From: Eledone cirrhosa
Lineage: Eukaryota
Reading direction: 5' to 3'
Assembly: GCA_964016885.1 (NCBI GenBank)
Contig: OZ024742.1
Location: forward strand, 245,334,001-245,398,000
Length of the DNA: 64,000 nt
Below the pieces are notes generated by a model that saw nothing but the letters and a program-made list of their open reading frames with translations, did no database searches and was not told where the DNA came from. The position numbers were made by a program, and so were the translations under genes. Below, piece after piece: positions 48,045 through 61,108 of the stretch. Numbering within the stretch: the stretch's first letter is position 1; the number at the start of each line of letters is the position of its first letter.

Positions 48045-48800
48045 TTGTGTGTGTCTGTGTGAATGTATGTGTATGAATGTATGCAGGAATGTGTGTATGT
48101 GTGTGTATGCATGTATGTAAGTGAATGTAATCAGGTGTGTGTGTGTGAAAGAAAGAGAAAGAGAGAGAGTCTATGTACGAATGTATGCAAAAATATGTGA
48201 ATGTGTGTGTTGTGTGAATATGAATGTGTTGATTGTGTGTGTGTGCACGCTTGTGAATGAATTCATGTGTGTGTATGTGAATGTATTCATATGTATGTAA
48301 ACGGATGTGTGTATGAATATATTTGTGTGTGTATATATATATATTCATGAATGTGTGGGGTGAGTTTGTACATGAATATATAGGTATGAGTGTGTGTGAA
48401 TACATAAGTGTGTGTGTGTGTAAATGTATGAGAGTGTGTGCATGCATGTGTGTGAATATTTGGGAGTATGTGTGCATGAATGTGTGAGTGTATGTGTGAG
48501 GTATGTGTGTGTATGTGTGTGAATGAGACTTGGCTATTCCTGCTTAGGTGTGTGTGGGTGCATGCATGAATGTATGAGTGAATGTGTGAGTATGTGTGAG
48601 AATGTGTGAGTATGTGTGTGTGTAGATGTGTATGCGTGTATTTAGGTGTGTATGAATGTGTATGTGTGTAAATGTGTAAGTGTGAATGTGTATGAATGTG
48701 TGAGTATGTAGGATGTGTCTGTATGTATGTGTGTGTGAATATGTGAGCATGTGTGTAAATATGTATGTGTGTGTGTATGAGTGTGTGTGTGTGTGTGTGC
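48045..48800. repeat. degenerate (TG)/(TGAA)-rich low-complexity tract
   Basis: Directly visible. Confidence 0.9.
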
Positions 48801-50069
48801 GTACTACTATCTCTTCATTGTAGAATGGGTGTGGCTAATCTACAAAATGACAGTCAGTTATTTCATACTTAACATACCCCCTATGTCTGTGGATATCTCT
48901 ATGTATGTGTGTCTCTGTGTGTCTCTGTGTGTCTCTGTGTGTCTCTGTGACTGTAGAATTATTACTGGTCCAGGGTTCAATTCCATGGTGAGACACCTTG
49001 AGCAACTATTTTTAATTGTTTGTTTTTTTAAATTATAATTTTGGGTGCACACACTGTGTCATACTGACTGAAATTAAGACTACAACCTACCTGAAACTCA
49101 CCTAAGTCCCACAATGAAAAGGTGTTTATTTTAAAGTATCTATCTTTAAATTTAAATATTTTGTTAGAATTTTTTTGTGAGAACCTTTTTTAAGTTAGGT
49201 TCAAAATAACCAAGTTAATAATTGTTTCTACTTTTGGCACTAGGCCACCAATTTGAAGGAAAGGAGGAAGTCAATTAAATTGACCCCAGTGCATTATAAG
49301 CTCAAGGGTTAAAATCCTGAACTAAGTGGCATGTTGCATTCTTGAGCAAGATGCCTCATTTTGTGTTGCTTTTCATGATAGGACTAGAGCCCCTACCATT
49401 AAACCACCCAATAAATCTGCAATGAAATGCAACCTCATAGGAGGCCAGCTCTAGCTGCATAGGTGTGTGCTGTAAATTTAATTTAATTTTTTTTATTTTA
49501 GATTTTTAGCATCCTAAAAGATAGAGAATAGATTTAGGAAACTAAAGCCTAGAATCATTTCATCAAATATAAATTGATTTTTAAAATTATTTTTTATTGC
49601 TAGTCCTTTCTTTCTTTATTCAAACAAAAAGATATTGTTTTGAATATATTAGAAACTCACAGCAACCATAGTGATATATCATGTTTGTTTGTATATTTAT
49701 TTATACATCTATCTGTCTGTAACTCTTAAAAAATTAACACATACAAACATACAATGCATTTTCTCTATCAGACAGGTTGCTGCCATAAGTTCACTTTCCA
49801 ATCACAAGGTCCTGGGTTCTAACTCTACATTTGTCCCTGTAAATAGTTATTTCTCAAAAGGTTATTTATACATTTAATCTTGTATATCATTTGTACATAT
49901 ATGCTGAACATTTATGTAATTATATCCCAAAATAAATCAAAATATCATTTTTATCTTAAACCATAACATGTCAGTAATCAACATAAACAATAGGGTTTCT
50001 CCCATACAAACCTTTTATTTATTATAACAAAAATTTCCCAGTTTATATGATTGTCTATATATCCAGTAA

Positions 50070-50345
50070 TCCTCGGGGATTGTCTGGCTGCTTCCTCTTC
50101 GCATCAGTTGCCGTTGAGACCTCAGGCGTACTTCGACTCCATATCGGAATATCAGTGGCCCATCTGAGGAAGGAGACCCGTGAGGTGGGGTGGCTGTTGC
50201 AGCGGGTGTCGCTGGCCATTGTCCACAGCAGGGCTTTCACGGTCTTGCCCGTGGGGCACAGCCCCTTTACTGCCGCACCCTAGGCCCAGAGCCAATCACC
50301 CCCTTCCATTCTTCTGTGACACTAGAGTCCTTGCCATCTCTCCCT
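50070..50345 (+). mobile_element. CRE-like RLE fragment
   Basis: GLSGCFLFASVAVETSG...REVGWLLQRVSLAIVHSRAF. Confidence 0.7.
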
Positions 50346-51480
50346 TTTCCATATTTTTTTTCTTTTTCTTTTTTTCTTTATATTTTCCTATTTTACATTC
50401 CAGTCTTCTCAATCTAAATTTTCTTTTTTGAAAACAAAAAAAAAGGTTTCATTTCTACCGTGGCATACTAATCCAGAACTACAGAAATTAAATATGTTCG
50501 ACAATATTGCCATTATTATTGATTTTAATTTAAACAAAAAGGCTAGTAAATTTGGGAGAAAGTCAAAGGTGATAAAATCAACCCCCAGTACTTGATTGGT
50601 TTTTCATTTTATCAACCCCAGATGTATGAAAGTCCAAGCTGAACTCAGAATGTAGAGAGCCAGAACAAATACTGCAATGAGATTTTATCTGACACTATAC
50701 CAATTCTACCTGATAGCACAGTCCTATAAGTAATAAACCAATACACAATGGTCTCAAATATGTGGCCTTCAAATTACTTTTCTATGGCCCACATTAGAAC
50801 AATTTTCATGACTAATATTTTCCTAAAACTTGGTTATTTCTCCCTCACCCCTTCTATTCTCTTCCAATTTACTAATGAAATACAATATAATAGAAAAAAA
50901 CAGAATTTATCAAAAAAAATAAAAAAGGAAAATTTGAAACAAAAAATATGTCCCCCTACATTTTGTACTAATTCACATATCCCACTTTCTATCATATGTG
51001 TATTTATTTTGATAAAAAATAATATATAGAACAGCCTTTGAATTGGTTTGCGAAATAGCATTATAACTGGTGGAAATCACACCTCCTCCTCACATCCCCT
51101 TTGACCCACACTCCCAAGATAATATGGCTCTCTTGAATCCTGCAGTCTGAGACCCCTGTATTAACACATTAACAGAGGAAGGGAGATAACAAGTAAAATC
51201 TGAACAATAAGAAGAATTGTTCTCATCTGCTGTTAACATATGTAATCCTACTAGGTGACTTTATATTGATTACAAAAGGTATTACTGCAACAACAACTTA
51301 CTACTGCTGCAGGAAGACTACCCCACTATCTACCTACTTACCTAACTATGTACCTCCCTGGCTATCTATCTATCTACTGATGTACCTATCTATGTACACC
51401 CCTATCTATCTACCTGGGGTATTATTAACACAATGGGGAAGAATTTTACACTGTAAACATCTGTCTAAATGAAATAACTT

Positions 51481-51580
51481 GGAAGAAGAAGAAGAAGAAG
51501 AAGAAGAAGAAGAAGAAGAAGAAGGAGGAGGAGGACGTAGGGGAGGGATGGGATGATGATGATGATGAGGATGAGGAGGA
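51481..51580. repeat. (GAA)n/(GAG)n/(GAT)n tract
   Basis: Directly visible. Confidence 0.9.
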
Positions 51581-51802
51581 AAACTGCAAAGTTGAACAAG
51601 GCAAGCTAGCAGGTGTAGGATAATGAAAATAATATCCTGTTAGGTATTTATTACACACAGCTTTGAATGTTCAAATGTAACAGAGATTATGGCACTAACA
51701 CTTTCTCTCAATTCACTCTAAACTACACCACATTAAATTGAAAATAAATAGAAATCTATATTCAGCCATTATATCTCAATGAAACTGCAAGAGGGATTTT
51801 AT

Positions 51803-52240
51803 AAATAATAATAATGAAATTATTGTGTACAGTGCTCAGGTGCACTACAACTCATCAAAGGTGCATGTATAGTACATAGAATAATGTACAAATGTCAGGA
51901 AAGTGAACAGTATATGAGTCATGATATACATGTGTGCATGTGTATGGAGGGCGGATATCAGGTGTAGTGTTGGTGAATTTCAGGAAGCATGGAGGTTTTA
52001 AAGGATGCAGTGTCTCAGCAGCTAACAACTGATGCAGGTAGTTTGTTCCATGATTCAGCAACTCTGAGCATGAAAAAATGTTTCCGAAAGTCATGGGAGC
52101 TGTGCTGTTTTCTAACTTTGTAGGCATGCCCATGTGTGTTAGACACATGGAATTCAAAAAGGTGCCCGGGATTGTTGTTGGCAAGATGGTTAACAATTTT
52201 GTGGGGGTTTACCAAGTCAGTTGCCAGACGTCGGAGCTTC
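51803..52240 (-). mobile_element. CR1-type LINE 3' fragment
   Basis: HKIVNHLANNNPGHLFEFH...RKHFFMLRVAESWNKLPASVV, 3' UTR and (ATT)n tail. Confidence 0.9.
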
Positions 52241-52399
52241 TCTAAGCCAGTGGTTTCTAAACTGTTTTTCTTTTTTCTTTACTCATAATCACACTTTAGA
52301 ACCAGTATAAGTATTGATATTGTTAAGTTTCTATCTTACAAAGCTGTTTATACAAAAACAAAACACTATTAAAGGGAACAAAAAAGAAAGGGAGATGTC

Positions 52400-52615
52400 G
52401 AGGGACAGACGCTACACACCAGTCTAGGCGGCGTCTCAGCTGTGCCCCCCACGGACAAATGGCAAAGGCGCTACTACCAAGAATGGTCAAAGACACCTGC
52501 TGCAATAGATACCCCACTTCACAGGGGTGCCTCCTCAAGCGAGCTGGTGTCTTTCCGATTTTATGGTGGAAATCAACAGAGTGGGGACCAAGGACACCAG
52601 AGATCTAGACAGGCA
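52400..52615 (-). mobile_element. CRE-like RLE fragment (decayed)
   Basis: PCEVGYLLQQVSLTILGSSAFAICPWG, homologous to 50180-50260. Confidence 0.6.
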
Positions 52616-52729
52616 CAAAGAGAAAGTTTCTATCTCAGTAATGAAATAATTAATAATTTGAGTAAATCCTCAAAATTCTTCATTAATTAATTGAAATAGA
52701 GCATATTTCAAAGGGTTAAGTGTAGAATG

Positions 52730-52913
52730 TGCACGGAGGCAAGCTGCAGATAGAGAGGATGTTGAACTGGGTCTGGGGAGTAGTGTAAATTGGAGGTAGT
52801 TGCTTCTGACAGGTCCCTCTGGATGTCGTGCTTGAGGACTCTGCCCCCACAACCTTCACAAGAAGAAGAAGAAGAAGAAGAAGAAGAAGAAGGAGGAGGA
52901 GGAGGAGGAGGAG
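52730..52913 (+). mobile_element. second RTE-type family 3' end with (GAA)n tail
   Basis: TGCTTCTGACAGGTCCCTCTGGA...GACTCTGCCCCCACAAC followed by (GAA)n(GGA)n. Confidence 0.6.
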
Positions 52914-53268
52914 GCTACAATTATTACTGATACTATCAAATATTAATCAATCCATAAAATAGATCAGTGGCTCATCAGCATGGCAGCAATATTTATACAG
53001 TAGTTCTTAACCCAATAATGGCCACATAACCAATATGTACGAAAAATAAGATTGATTTATTTTTTACAGCTTGTTTAAAGGTTAAATTTTTCATGTAAAA
53101 TATTCAATTTTCACACACACACACATTCATACACACATACACATACACAATGTTGGGTTGCAGATTTATTGGTATATAAAAACAAACATTCACTGGTGTA
53201 GTGATTCTATACATGTATTTATTATATGCATTTTGGTTGACTATTATTACAGTTTCATTCAAGGGTTG

Positions 53269-53456
53269 TGGATTGGGTGTGTCAGTAGAGGGTTGGACAC
53301 CATACTTTCCAGTATAGAGTTACGTTCCTTTACGATCTGAGTTCAAATCCCGCCGAGGTTAACTTTGCCTTTCATCCTTACGGGGTTGATAAAATAAAGT
53401 ACCAGTAATGTACTGGGGTGATTACTGGCCTTGTGCCAAAAGTAGAAACAACTATT
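53269..53456 (+). mobile_element. SINE family A
   Basis: Family consensus. Confidence 0.85.
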
Positions 53457-53487
53457 ACAGTTTTATTGAATGAAACACCTAACCATT

Positions 53488-53543
<56 letters not shown>

Positions 53544-53684
53544 CGCGCGCGTGTGTGTCTGTGTGTGTGCATCCCACACCTTAGTAATTCAATAAAGTAA
53601 ATACAAGACAGGAAAAACATAAGTACTGGGGTAGATGTAGTCTACTAAATCAAGGGAAGGGGGTGTCCCAGCATGGCAGCAGTA

Positions 53685-54199
53685 TCTATATATATAAAAC
53701 TGAGGATGTCTGTCTGTGTGTGTGTGAGTTTGAATCCCTAAAACTAGAGAAGCACACAACCGACTGTTTTCAAACTTTTCACATGTAATACTTATGTTTC
53801 AGGGAGTATTCTGAACAAAAAAGATTTCAAATTTTCAATGCCCTAGGGACCGCATTAGGAGATTTAGCGATCTCTCTCTATAATTCTTAGTCTTTCTCTT
53901 TTTAGATAGATACATACATATAACGTTGCGCCCTTATAATATCTGTCTGTATGTCTGGCTGTCTGCTGCCTCCGGTTATTCTGCAACCCTTGCTCATGAC
54001 AAATCTCACACTCATTCCCCAAACAGTTGGTAAGTGCACACAACTTCTTCCTCATGTTTTAAGCCACTGTGTTGCTTACTTACGCACCACCAGACCCTTA
54101 CTCCTTTGCCAGCCGTGGTTGTGGCAATACTAAGCTTAGCTAAGGCGGTTATATATTTCACAATACCTTATCCCGTGCAACGCCGAGTACCACTGCTAG
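53685..54199 (+). mobile_element. complete non-autonomous Helitron
   Basis: A|TCTATATATATAAAA 5' end, 3' hairpin-like CCCGTGCAACGCCGAG then CTAG|T, no TSD, inserted between A and T. Confidence 0.85.
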
Positions 54200-54574
54200 T
54201 ATTGAATAAAACCAATAAAAGAATATAATAATAAAAGTGTTTGTCATTAGGAATATGGTGACAAAAGGATTAAATATATTTGTAAAGTGCAATTAGACTG
54301 TGTACACCATTTTCATTTTGATTGGTTGATTTTTCAATTAACTATTTAAGGCAATTAAAGCCATTGTATTTTGGGGGTATTAATTAGCTCAATCTCTCTG
54401 TTGCTACTAACGAAACTTTCAGAGTCCATCAAGGTCATTTGCTATTTCTTTTTATCCATTGTTTTATAGCTGAGTTGGCAATTTCTATAATTTGTTCCTG
54501 TTACAAACTAGACTATATACAGCATCCATATATGATATATTCTGGCGTATAACACTTTCATGATCATATTTCTA

Positions 54575-54775
54575 ATGAAACATATATATTATACACCAGG
54601 TCCAAACACAAAATAACCAAACTCCCACTGTCACTGCCTCCATCTCTCCCCATCTCTCACTATAATGAGCAAATGGAGGCCCATGCGCTGGCTGCACCGT
54701 GGCCTCGGCAGACAGAATGGAGAAGGTGTTTCCCTGGAGAATGGTGAAGGAGACGTGCTGGAAGAGCCATTCCAC
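54575..54775 (-). mobile_element. CRE-like RLE 3' fragment
   Basis: MEWLFQHVSFTILQGNTFSILS, homologous to 47085-47205. Confidence 0.75.
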
Positions 54776-54815
<40 letters not shown>

Positions 54816-54832
54816 TAATAATAATAAAAATA

Positions 54833-55734
54833 ATGAAGGAGGGGACAATAGACCAGGGGATGTCCAAGGAGGAAATAACATCAAGGAGAAAGAGCAGCCT
54901 TCAGGAAAAATCCCTTCATAGTACCTTCTTTGAGAAAACTGAATTCAGAGATCCACAGACATGGAACTGGTTGAAAAGAGGAGACCTTAAAAAGGCTACA
55001 GAAGGAATGTTAATGGCTGCGCAGGAGCAGGCCCTCAAAATGAAGTGGTTGAAACACCATATTTTCAAGGAGGAGGCTAGCCCACTGTGCAGGATCTGTG
55101 GAGAGAGAGAGGAGACTGTGGCTCACATTGTATCCGAGTGTAAACACCTAGCCCAGACTCACTATAAGGGCTGGAGACATGATGTGATGGGCAGGGTGAT
55201 CCACTGGCACCTATGCAAAGTAAACAATTTACCACATTCTGAGAAGTGGTATGAGCATAAGCCAGAGTCGGTGATAGAAAACGATCAGGTGAAGGTGCTG
55301 TGGGATTTTAGGATACAGACGGACAAGAAACTGGAACACAATAGACCTGACCTGGTGGTTGTGGACAAAGAAAAAAGATTGTGCCTGATTGTGGATGTGG
55401 CCTGCTCATTCGACACGAGAGTGCAAGAGAAGGAGAGGGAGAAAATTAACCAATACCAGGACTTAAAGTGGGAGGTAAAAAGGATTTGGAACTGCCATGA
55501 AGTCAAAGTGATCCCGATTGTCATAGGCGCACTAGGGACTATCTCAAAATGTTTCCAGGGATGGTTAAAGAAAATTGGCCCCTTCACGCTTTTTGGAACG
55601 CTTCAAAAGGCATGCTTGCTGGGAACAGCAAGAACCCCCCAATACATCCTGAATATCTGAGGCTGCAGGTAGTGGCTTGATATTCATTTCAACAAACTTT
55701 CCAGTTAACTAACATCAATGACTGAGACTCAAAG
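54833..55734 (+). mobile_element. R4/Dong-clade non-LTR element, 5'-truncated, flanked by (TAA)n
   Basis: AAQEQAL, CCHC knuckle CRICGEREETVAHIVSEC, RHD, KWYEH, LWDF, HNRPDLVVVD...IVDVAC...EKEREKINQYQDL, PIVIGALG; stop at 55660. Confidence 0.9.
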
Positions 55735-55752
55735 AATAATAATAATAATAAT

Positions 55753-55845
55753 AATAATTGTTTCTACTTTTGGCACAAGGCCAGCAATTACCCAATGCAT
55801 TACTGGTACTTTATTCTATCGACCCCGGAAGGATGAAAGGCAAAG
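55753..55845 (-). mobile_element. SINE family A 3' fragment between (TAA)n runs
   Basis: Family 3' half only. Confidence 0.75.
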
Positions 55846-58820
55846 AATAATAATAATAATAATGAAATTATTGTGTACAATGCTCAGGTGCACTACAATC
55901 AAAGGTGCATGTATAGTACATAGAATAATGTACAAATGTCAGGAAAATGAACAGTGTACGAGTCCTGAAATACATGTGTGCGTGTGTATGGGGGGGGGGG
56001 GGATATTAGGTATAGTGTTGGCGAATCTCAGGAAGCATGGAGGTTTTAAAGGATGCAGATAACAATTGATGCATGTAGTTTGTTCCATGCTTCAGCAACT
56101 TTGAGCGTGAAAAAATGTTTCCGAAAGTCATGGGAGCTGTGCTGTTTTCTGACTTTGTGGGGATACCCACGTGTGTTAGACACATGGAATTCAAAAAGCT
56201 GCCCAGGGTTGTTGTTGGCAAAATGGTTAATAATTTTGTGGGTGTTTACCAAGTCAGTTGCCAGACGTCGGAGCTTCAATGTATCCATGCCCAGGGAAGT
56301 AAGGCGTTCAGAGTATGGTAGATGCCTGATGGAGGGTATTCGCTTGGTTGCACGTCTCTGAACAGTTTCCAGGCGGTCAATGTTCTGAGCAAGATAGGGG
56401 TTCCAGACTGGTGATGTAAATTCTAAGTGTGACCGCACCATAGCTATATACAGCTTTAAATAGATAGCTGGAGAGCAGCTGACAAAGTTCTTGCTGAGTG
56501 ATGCTAAGACACCCTTGGCCTTCTTGACAGTTTTAGAGACGTGCTTCATCCAACGCAGATCGCTGCTGACAGTAATGCCCAGGTTAGGTTCACAAGAAGA
56601 CTTCTTGATTTTAGTGTTGTGGAGGGAGTATGTGGACACTGGGTTTTTACTCCCAAAATGCATGGTGGTACACTTGTCCACAGCCAGCTTCAGTTGCCAG
56701 TCTGTAATCCATTGTTGAATTGTGTCCAGGTCTGATGGCAGGAAAGATTTATAACATACTGAATCTGTCCTTTTTATCTCAAGGCACAGCTTGATGTCAT
56801 CTGCATATTTCAGTACTGTGGCATTCTTTAAGTTGGCATCTATGTCATTAATATATGCCACAAACAAAAGGGGGCCAAGAACAGATCCCTGTGGTACACC
56901 AGATGACATCTTATATGGTGAGGAATGCTGTCCTAGAACCGTGACTACCTCTCTTCGACTGAGAATGAAGGACTTCAACCAGTTAAAAAGATCATCCTTC
57001 ACACCCATTGCAGAGAGTTTTGCCATAAGTCTTTTATGTGGCACAGAATTGAAAGCTTTAGCAAAGTCTAGGTAAACAACATCCACCCATGAGCCGCCAT
57101 CAGTGATCCGGGTGATGTCTTCAAGAAACTCAATAAGTTGATCACAGCAGCTGGAGTTAGGGATAAATTCAAATTGCGACAGCTGGATAAGACTGTGAGC
57201 GTTCCAGAAGTTCCATAGTGTTTCTCTGACACAGGATTCCATCAGTTTGGCAATGCAGCTAGTAAGACTGACTGGACAATAGTTGACAGTGATGTGCGAT
57301 CACCCTTTTTGAACAGAGGAATGACACTGGCAGTTTTCCACTGTTCTGGAGTAGCCTCGTTGTTCAGACAGAATTGGAAGAAGCATGATAGCTGGTGCAG
57401 AAGGAAGTACCCACCACGTCTGAGAAGCAGGTACGTAACACCATCAAGACCAGGAGAGGCATGGTTGCGTTTATTTTTAAGGTGGTGTTGCAGCATTGCA
57501 GGTGTAAATTCCATAGTTGTAATAGAATCCGATATCAGAGGTGGTGGAGACGGTACACTCTGGTTTTCAACAGTGAAAATGCCTGCATAGCATTCAGCAA
57601 TGAGTCCTGCGCATTCCTCGGGGTCGTCAGTAACCTGGCTTGTGTGGGGATTGCGAAAAGGACCAACTGGAGAGTGAGGCCTCTTTGAGTGAACATACTT
57701 CCAAAACACCTTACTGTCAGGGTTGGTTGCTATGCGCTGCTCAAATTCAAGCACTGCCTTTTTTGTCACCTGCTTGAGATGGTTTATTTCGCTTTTTCCT
57801 ATTGATATCTGATTTATGCAGTTTGTACTCATGTTCCACATTACAACGTTCTTTCCTGGCAAGATGAACTGCTGCAGTTTCCCAAGTTCCGCTTTTGGGA
57901 TGTTTTTTCTGCTTACGTGGCACCGATGTTGCCCATATTGAGTTTAGGATGCTCTGGAGTACAGTGTTGACATCTCCAGAGTCATAAAACTCAAGCCAGT
58001 TTGGACGTTGCAGCTCGGTGCAGTAACAGTTCTAGTCTGCTTTATTCCAGTCAAAGTGAGCAGTTTGGAGATGGTTGTGGTTTTTGTTATTGCCATGAGG
58101 GATAGATTGGCAATGATCATAGCATGATCAGAGTCACCTAAAGGTTCCTCAGTAGTAACACTAATAACTGTTTCAGGAGTAGTGGTGAAGAGTAGATCCA
58201 AAGTGTTGTCACCTCTTGTTGGGGAGGTGACTACTTGGGACCAATTCAAGTCCATCACTAGCTCAAGGAAATCATTTGCACTTTGCAGCCAACGAAAGGT
58301 TTCTAAGTCAATCTCAGGGTGATTGAAATACCCTGCAATAAAAACATAAGTGGCTGTTTTCCTGGCAGCAGCTCTGAGGATATCACAAAGTTGAGTGTCC
58401 TGATGGTAATTTGGGGGACAGTAAATGACTCCAAGTAGCAGTGTTGACATGGTCATACGTATATCGCAGAAAAATACTCCTTGCTGCGATTGGTTCAAAT
58501 CAACACAAGAAATTGCTGAAAAATTTGACCGAACGTAGACCATTACACCACCACCACCACCACGATTAATACGGACGGTCTTTATGAAACAAGTTGTAGC
58601 CAGTTATGCTGAAAACCTCATCACAGAGTATGGAGTGTGCCCATGTTTCCGTGACTGTAATGAAGTCAGGATCAATAATCTTGACGTAAGAGTCAAATAG
58701 ATGTATCTTATTGCATAGACTACATGCATTTAAGGACAACAATTTGTACATTTATTTCAGTCTATGATTATGTGCAGGGGATGGCAGGTTGTTCTGATTT
58801 AGTTTCCCAGAGTTTTTTCA
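55846..58820 (-). mobile_element. CR1-type LINE, whole ORF2 region plus ORF1 tip, frameshifted
   Basis: EN: SLNACSL, VTETW, GGGG.MVYV, GVIYCPP, AGYFN, TLDLL, SDH; RT as at 45691; (ATT)n tail. Confidence 0.93.
56046..58751 (-). pseudogene. CR1 ORF2 (APE endonuclease + RT) in four pieces
   Basis: ORFs 58566-58751, 57944-58543, 57242-57862 and 56046-57242 are consecutive parts of one LINE ORF2. Confidence 0.9.
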
Positions 58821-59387
58821 TCTGGCTTAATCTCTAAAGAATTTGAAAGGATTTATTAAAATTATTAATTATTTCATTATTAAGATGATATTTGTAATAT
58901 AGATTAACAAAAGGTTCTTATATCAAATTATGTTGGATGGTTTCAATTTAAATATGAACCCATAAAAATAGATGGTTTTGTTTCATAGAATCAAAAGTAT
59001 TTGGTGAGAGGGCTTTTTTAGGTGGGGGGTATCAAAAGATGCAACTTTTTTTTACACCAAAGGTATGAAAATAATTACTCTTTCTAACATAGGCACAAGG
59101 CCATAAATTTGCAATGAGGGCCAAGCTGATTTACCCCAGTACTTAACTGGTATTTAATTTTATTGACCCTCGAAGGAAGAAAGACAAAGTTGATTTTAAA
59201 TCAGAATATAAAGGACCATGACTAAATGTCACACAGTAGTTTATCCATGATTCTGATAAAATGCCCCGACATTCAATAATGGTCCTTTAAATTTGGGGTT
59301 CAAATCTTGTGGAGCTCAACTTTGCTTTCCTTCCTTCCAGCTTCAATTAACTTATGTACTAGTTAAGTACAAATATAAATAATATAT

Positions 59388-59610
59388 ATTTTTCACGCTC
59401 AGAGTTGCTGAAGCATGGAACAAACTAACTGCATCAGTTGTTAGCTGCCACGACACTGCATCCTTTAAAACCTCCATGCTTACTGTAATTCGCCAACGCT
59501 ACACCTGATATCCCCCTCCATAAACACGCACACATTTATATTATGACTCATACACTGTTCACTTTCCTGACATTTGTACATTATTCTATGTGCTATACAT
59601 GCACCTTTAA
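59388..59610 (+). mobile_element. CR1-type LINE 3' fragment
   Basis: Reverse complement of 51855-52080. Confidence 0.85.
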
Positions 59611-60719
59611 TTTGATATAAGAACTTTTTAAGTTATGTTTAATATCTTAATAATAAAATAATAATTTTAATAAATCCCTCCAAATTCTTCAATGATTAAT
59701 CCATTAGAAATATCGTAAAGAACAGGTTAATTATTTTTCTCAAACTGTTTTCTTCAAAATAGGACTGCATCTTATATTCCGGAAAACAAAAACAAAAATA
59801 GACACTGCGTTAGATAATTTTCCTATTACCAACCTCTAATTGCGAAATGAGACTGGTCATTATTTTTAGCTTTTATATGTGTGTATATATATATATATAT
59901 ATACATATGTGTGTGTGTGTGTGCAAGCTAAAAATATATACAGACACAAGTCAACAGGGGATTGGATGACGTAGTTGAGAGGTTGGTGAAGTTAGTGGTT
60001 TATATCCTGTCAATGGGACTACATTGTGACAACAACCATCACATACATTTTATAGCCAAGTTAGTATTAACATATTTAATTCAGTGAACTTTAAAAAAGC
60101 TAACTAGAAACAATTATGCAATGAGGAAAATCCAGTATTAGTCATTGACTAATATTGTTTTAATTATGCCAGGAAAGATGAAAGAATGACTAAATAAATG
60201 TACAAAAATATACAATTGTTGGTGTAAAAAATTAGAATTGTTTAGAGTATAAATTAGAGACACCGTCTGGATGAAAAAACAATAGTTAAGTTAGTTTTTA
60301 TATATTTAATTCATTCATGATCATATTAGGAATAAAATACACTGTATTTCAATTAAGATGATATTTATAATATAACATAAGGCTCTTATGATAAATGATA
60401 TTGCAAGGATTTAATTTAAATAAGAACCTTTTAAAATAGGTGGTTTTGTTTGGGTTGGTATCTATACTATTTCTCTTTCTCTGGAAGAATTTGGCAGCGT
60501 TTTCAGATCTAGAGATGGATGAACTACCCCAGGCTTAAAAAAACCAAGATACAATGTATATCGCACCTAGTACCCCATAATTAAACCAGGTGTTTAAAAG
60601 AATGATTTAAGCGAGATCCACTGCTATTTCTATCAGATTGGGCAACTACATAAAGGTTTCTTCTTTGATTTAATAGTTTTAAGAATAGGCACCAAGATAA
60701 TTACACCAGTGCTTAGAAA

Positions 60720-60945
60720 ATGTTTTGAGCGTTAGGCTTACAATCACTAGGTTGTGAGTTCGATTGTCGGAGAGGGATTTGTGTTGTGTTCTTGAGCAAG
60801 ACACTTTATTTCACATTACTCCAGTTCACTCAGCTGAAGAAATGAGTTGTGATGTCACTGGTGCCAAGCTGTATCAGCATATGTCTTTCCCTTGGACAAC
60901 ATCGGTGGTGTGGAGAGGGAAGATTGTTATGCATGGGTGACTATA
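60720..60945 (+). mobile_element. SINE family B variant
   Basis: GAGTTCGATT B box; GTGTTCTTGAGCAAGACACTTTATTTCAC centre. Confidence 0.7.
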
Positions 60946-61108
60946 AATGTTTGAATTAACAAACATGTTTTTAGATATTTTCTGCTAAATCATACAAGAT
61001 GTTAAGAGTTAAGATGGTGCTTAAAGAATAGCTTAACAAAGGTGCTTATATAAAATTATGATGGAAGATTTTTAGATAAACATGAACTCTTTAAAATATA
61101 CAGCTTAG

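Noticed and set aside
54665-54832. N-terminal part of the 331-aa ORF with poly-Ile
   Set aside because: Antisense CRE fragment plus (TAA)n read in the ATA frame; not part of the Dong protein.
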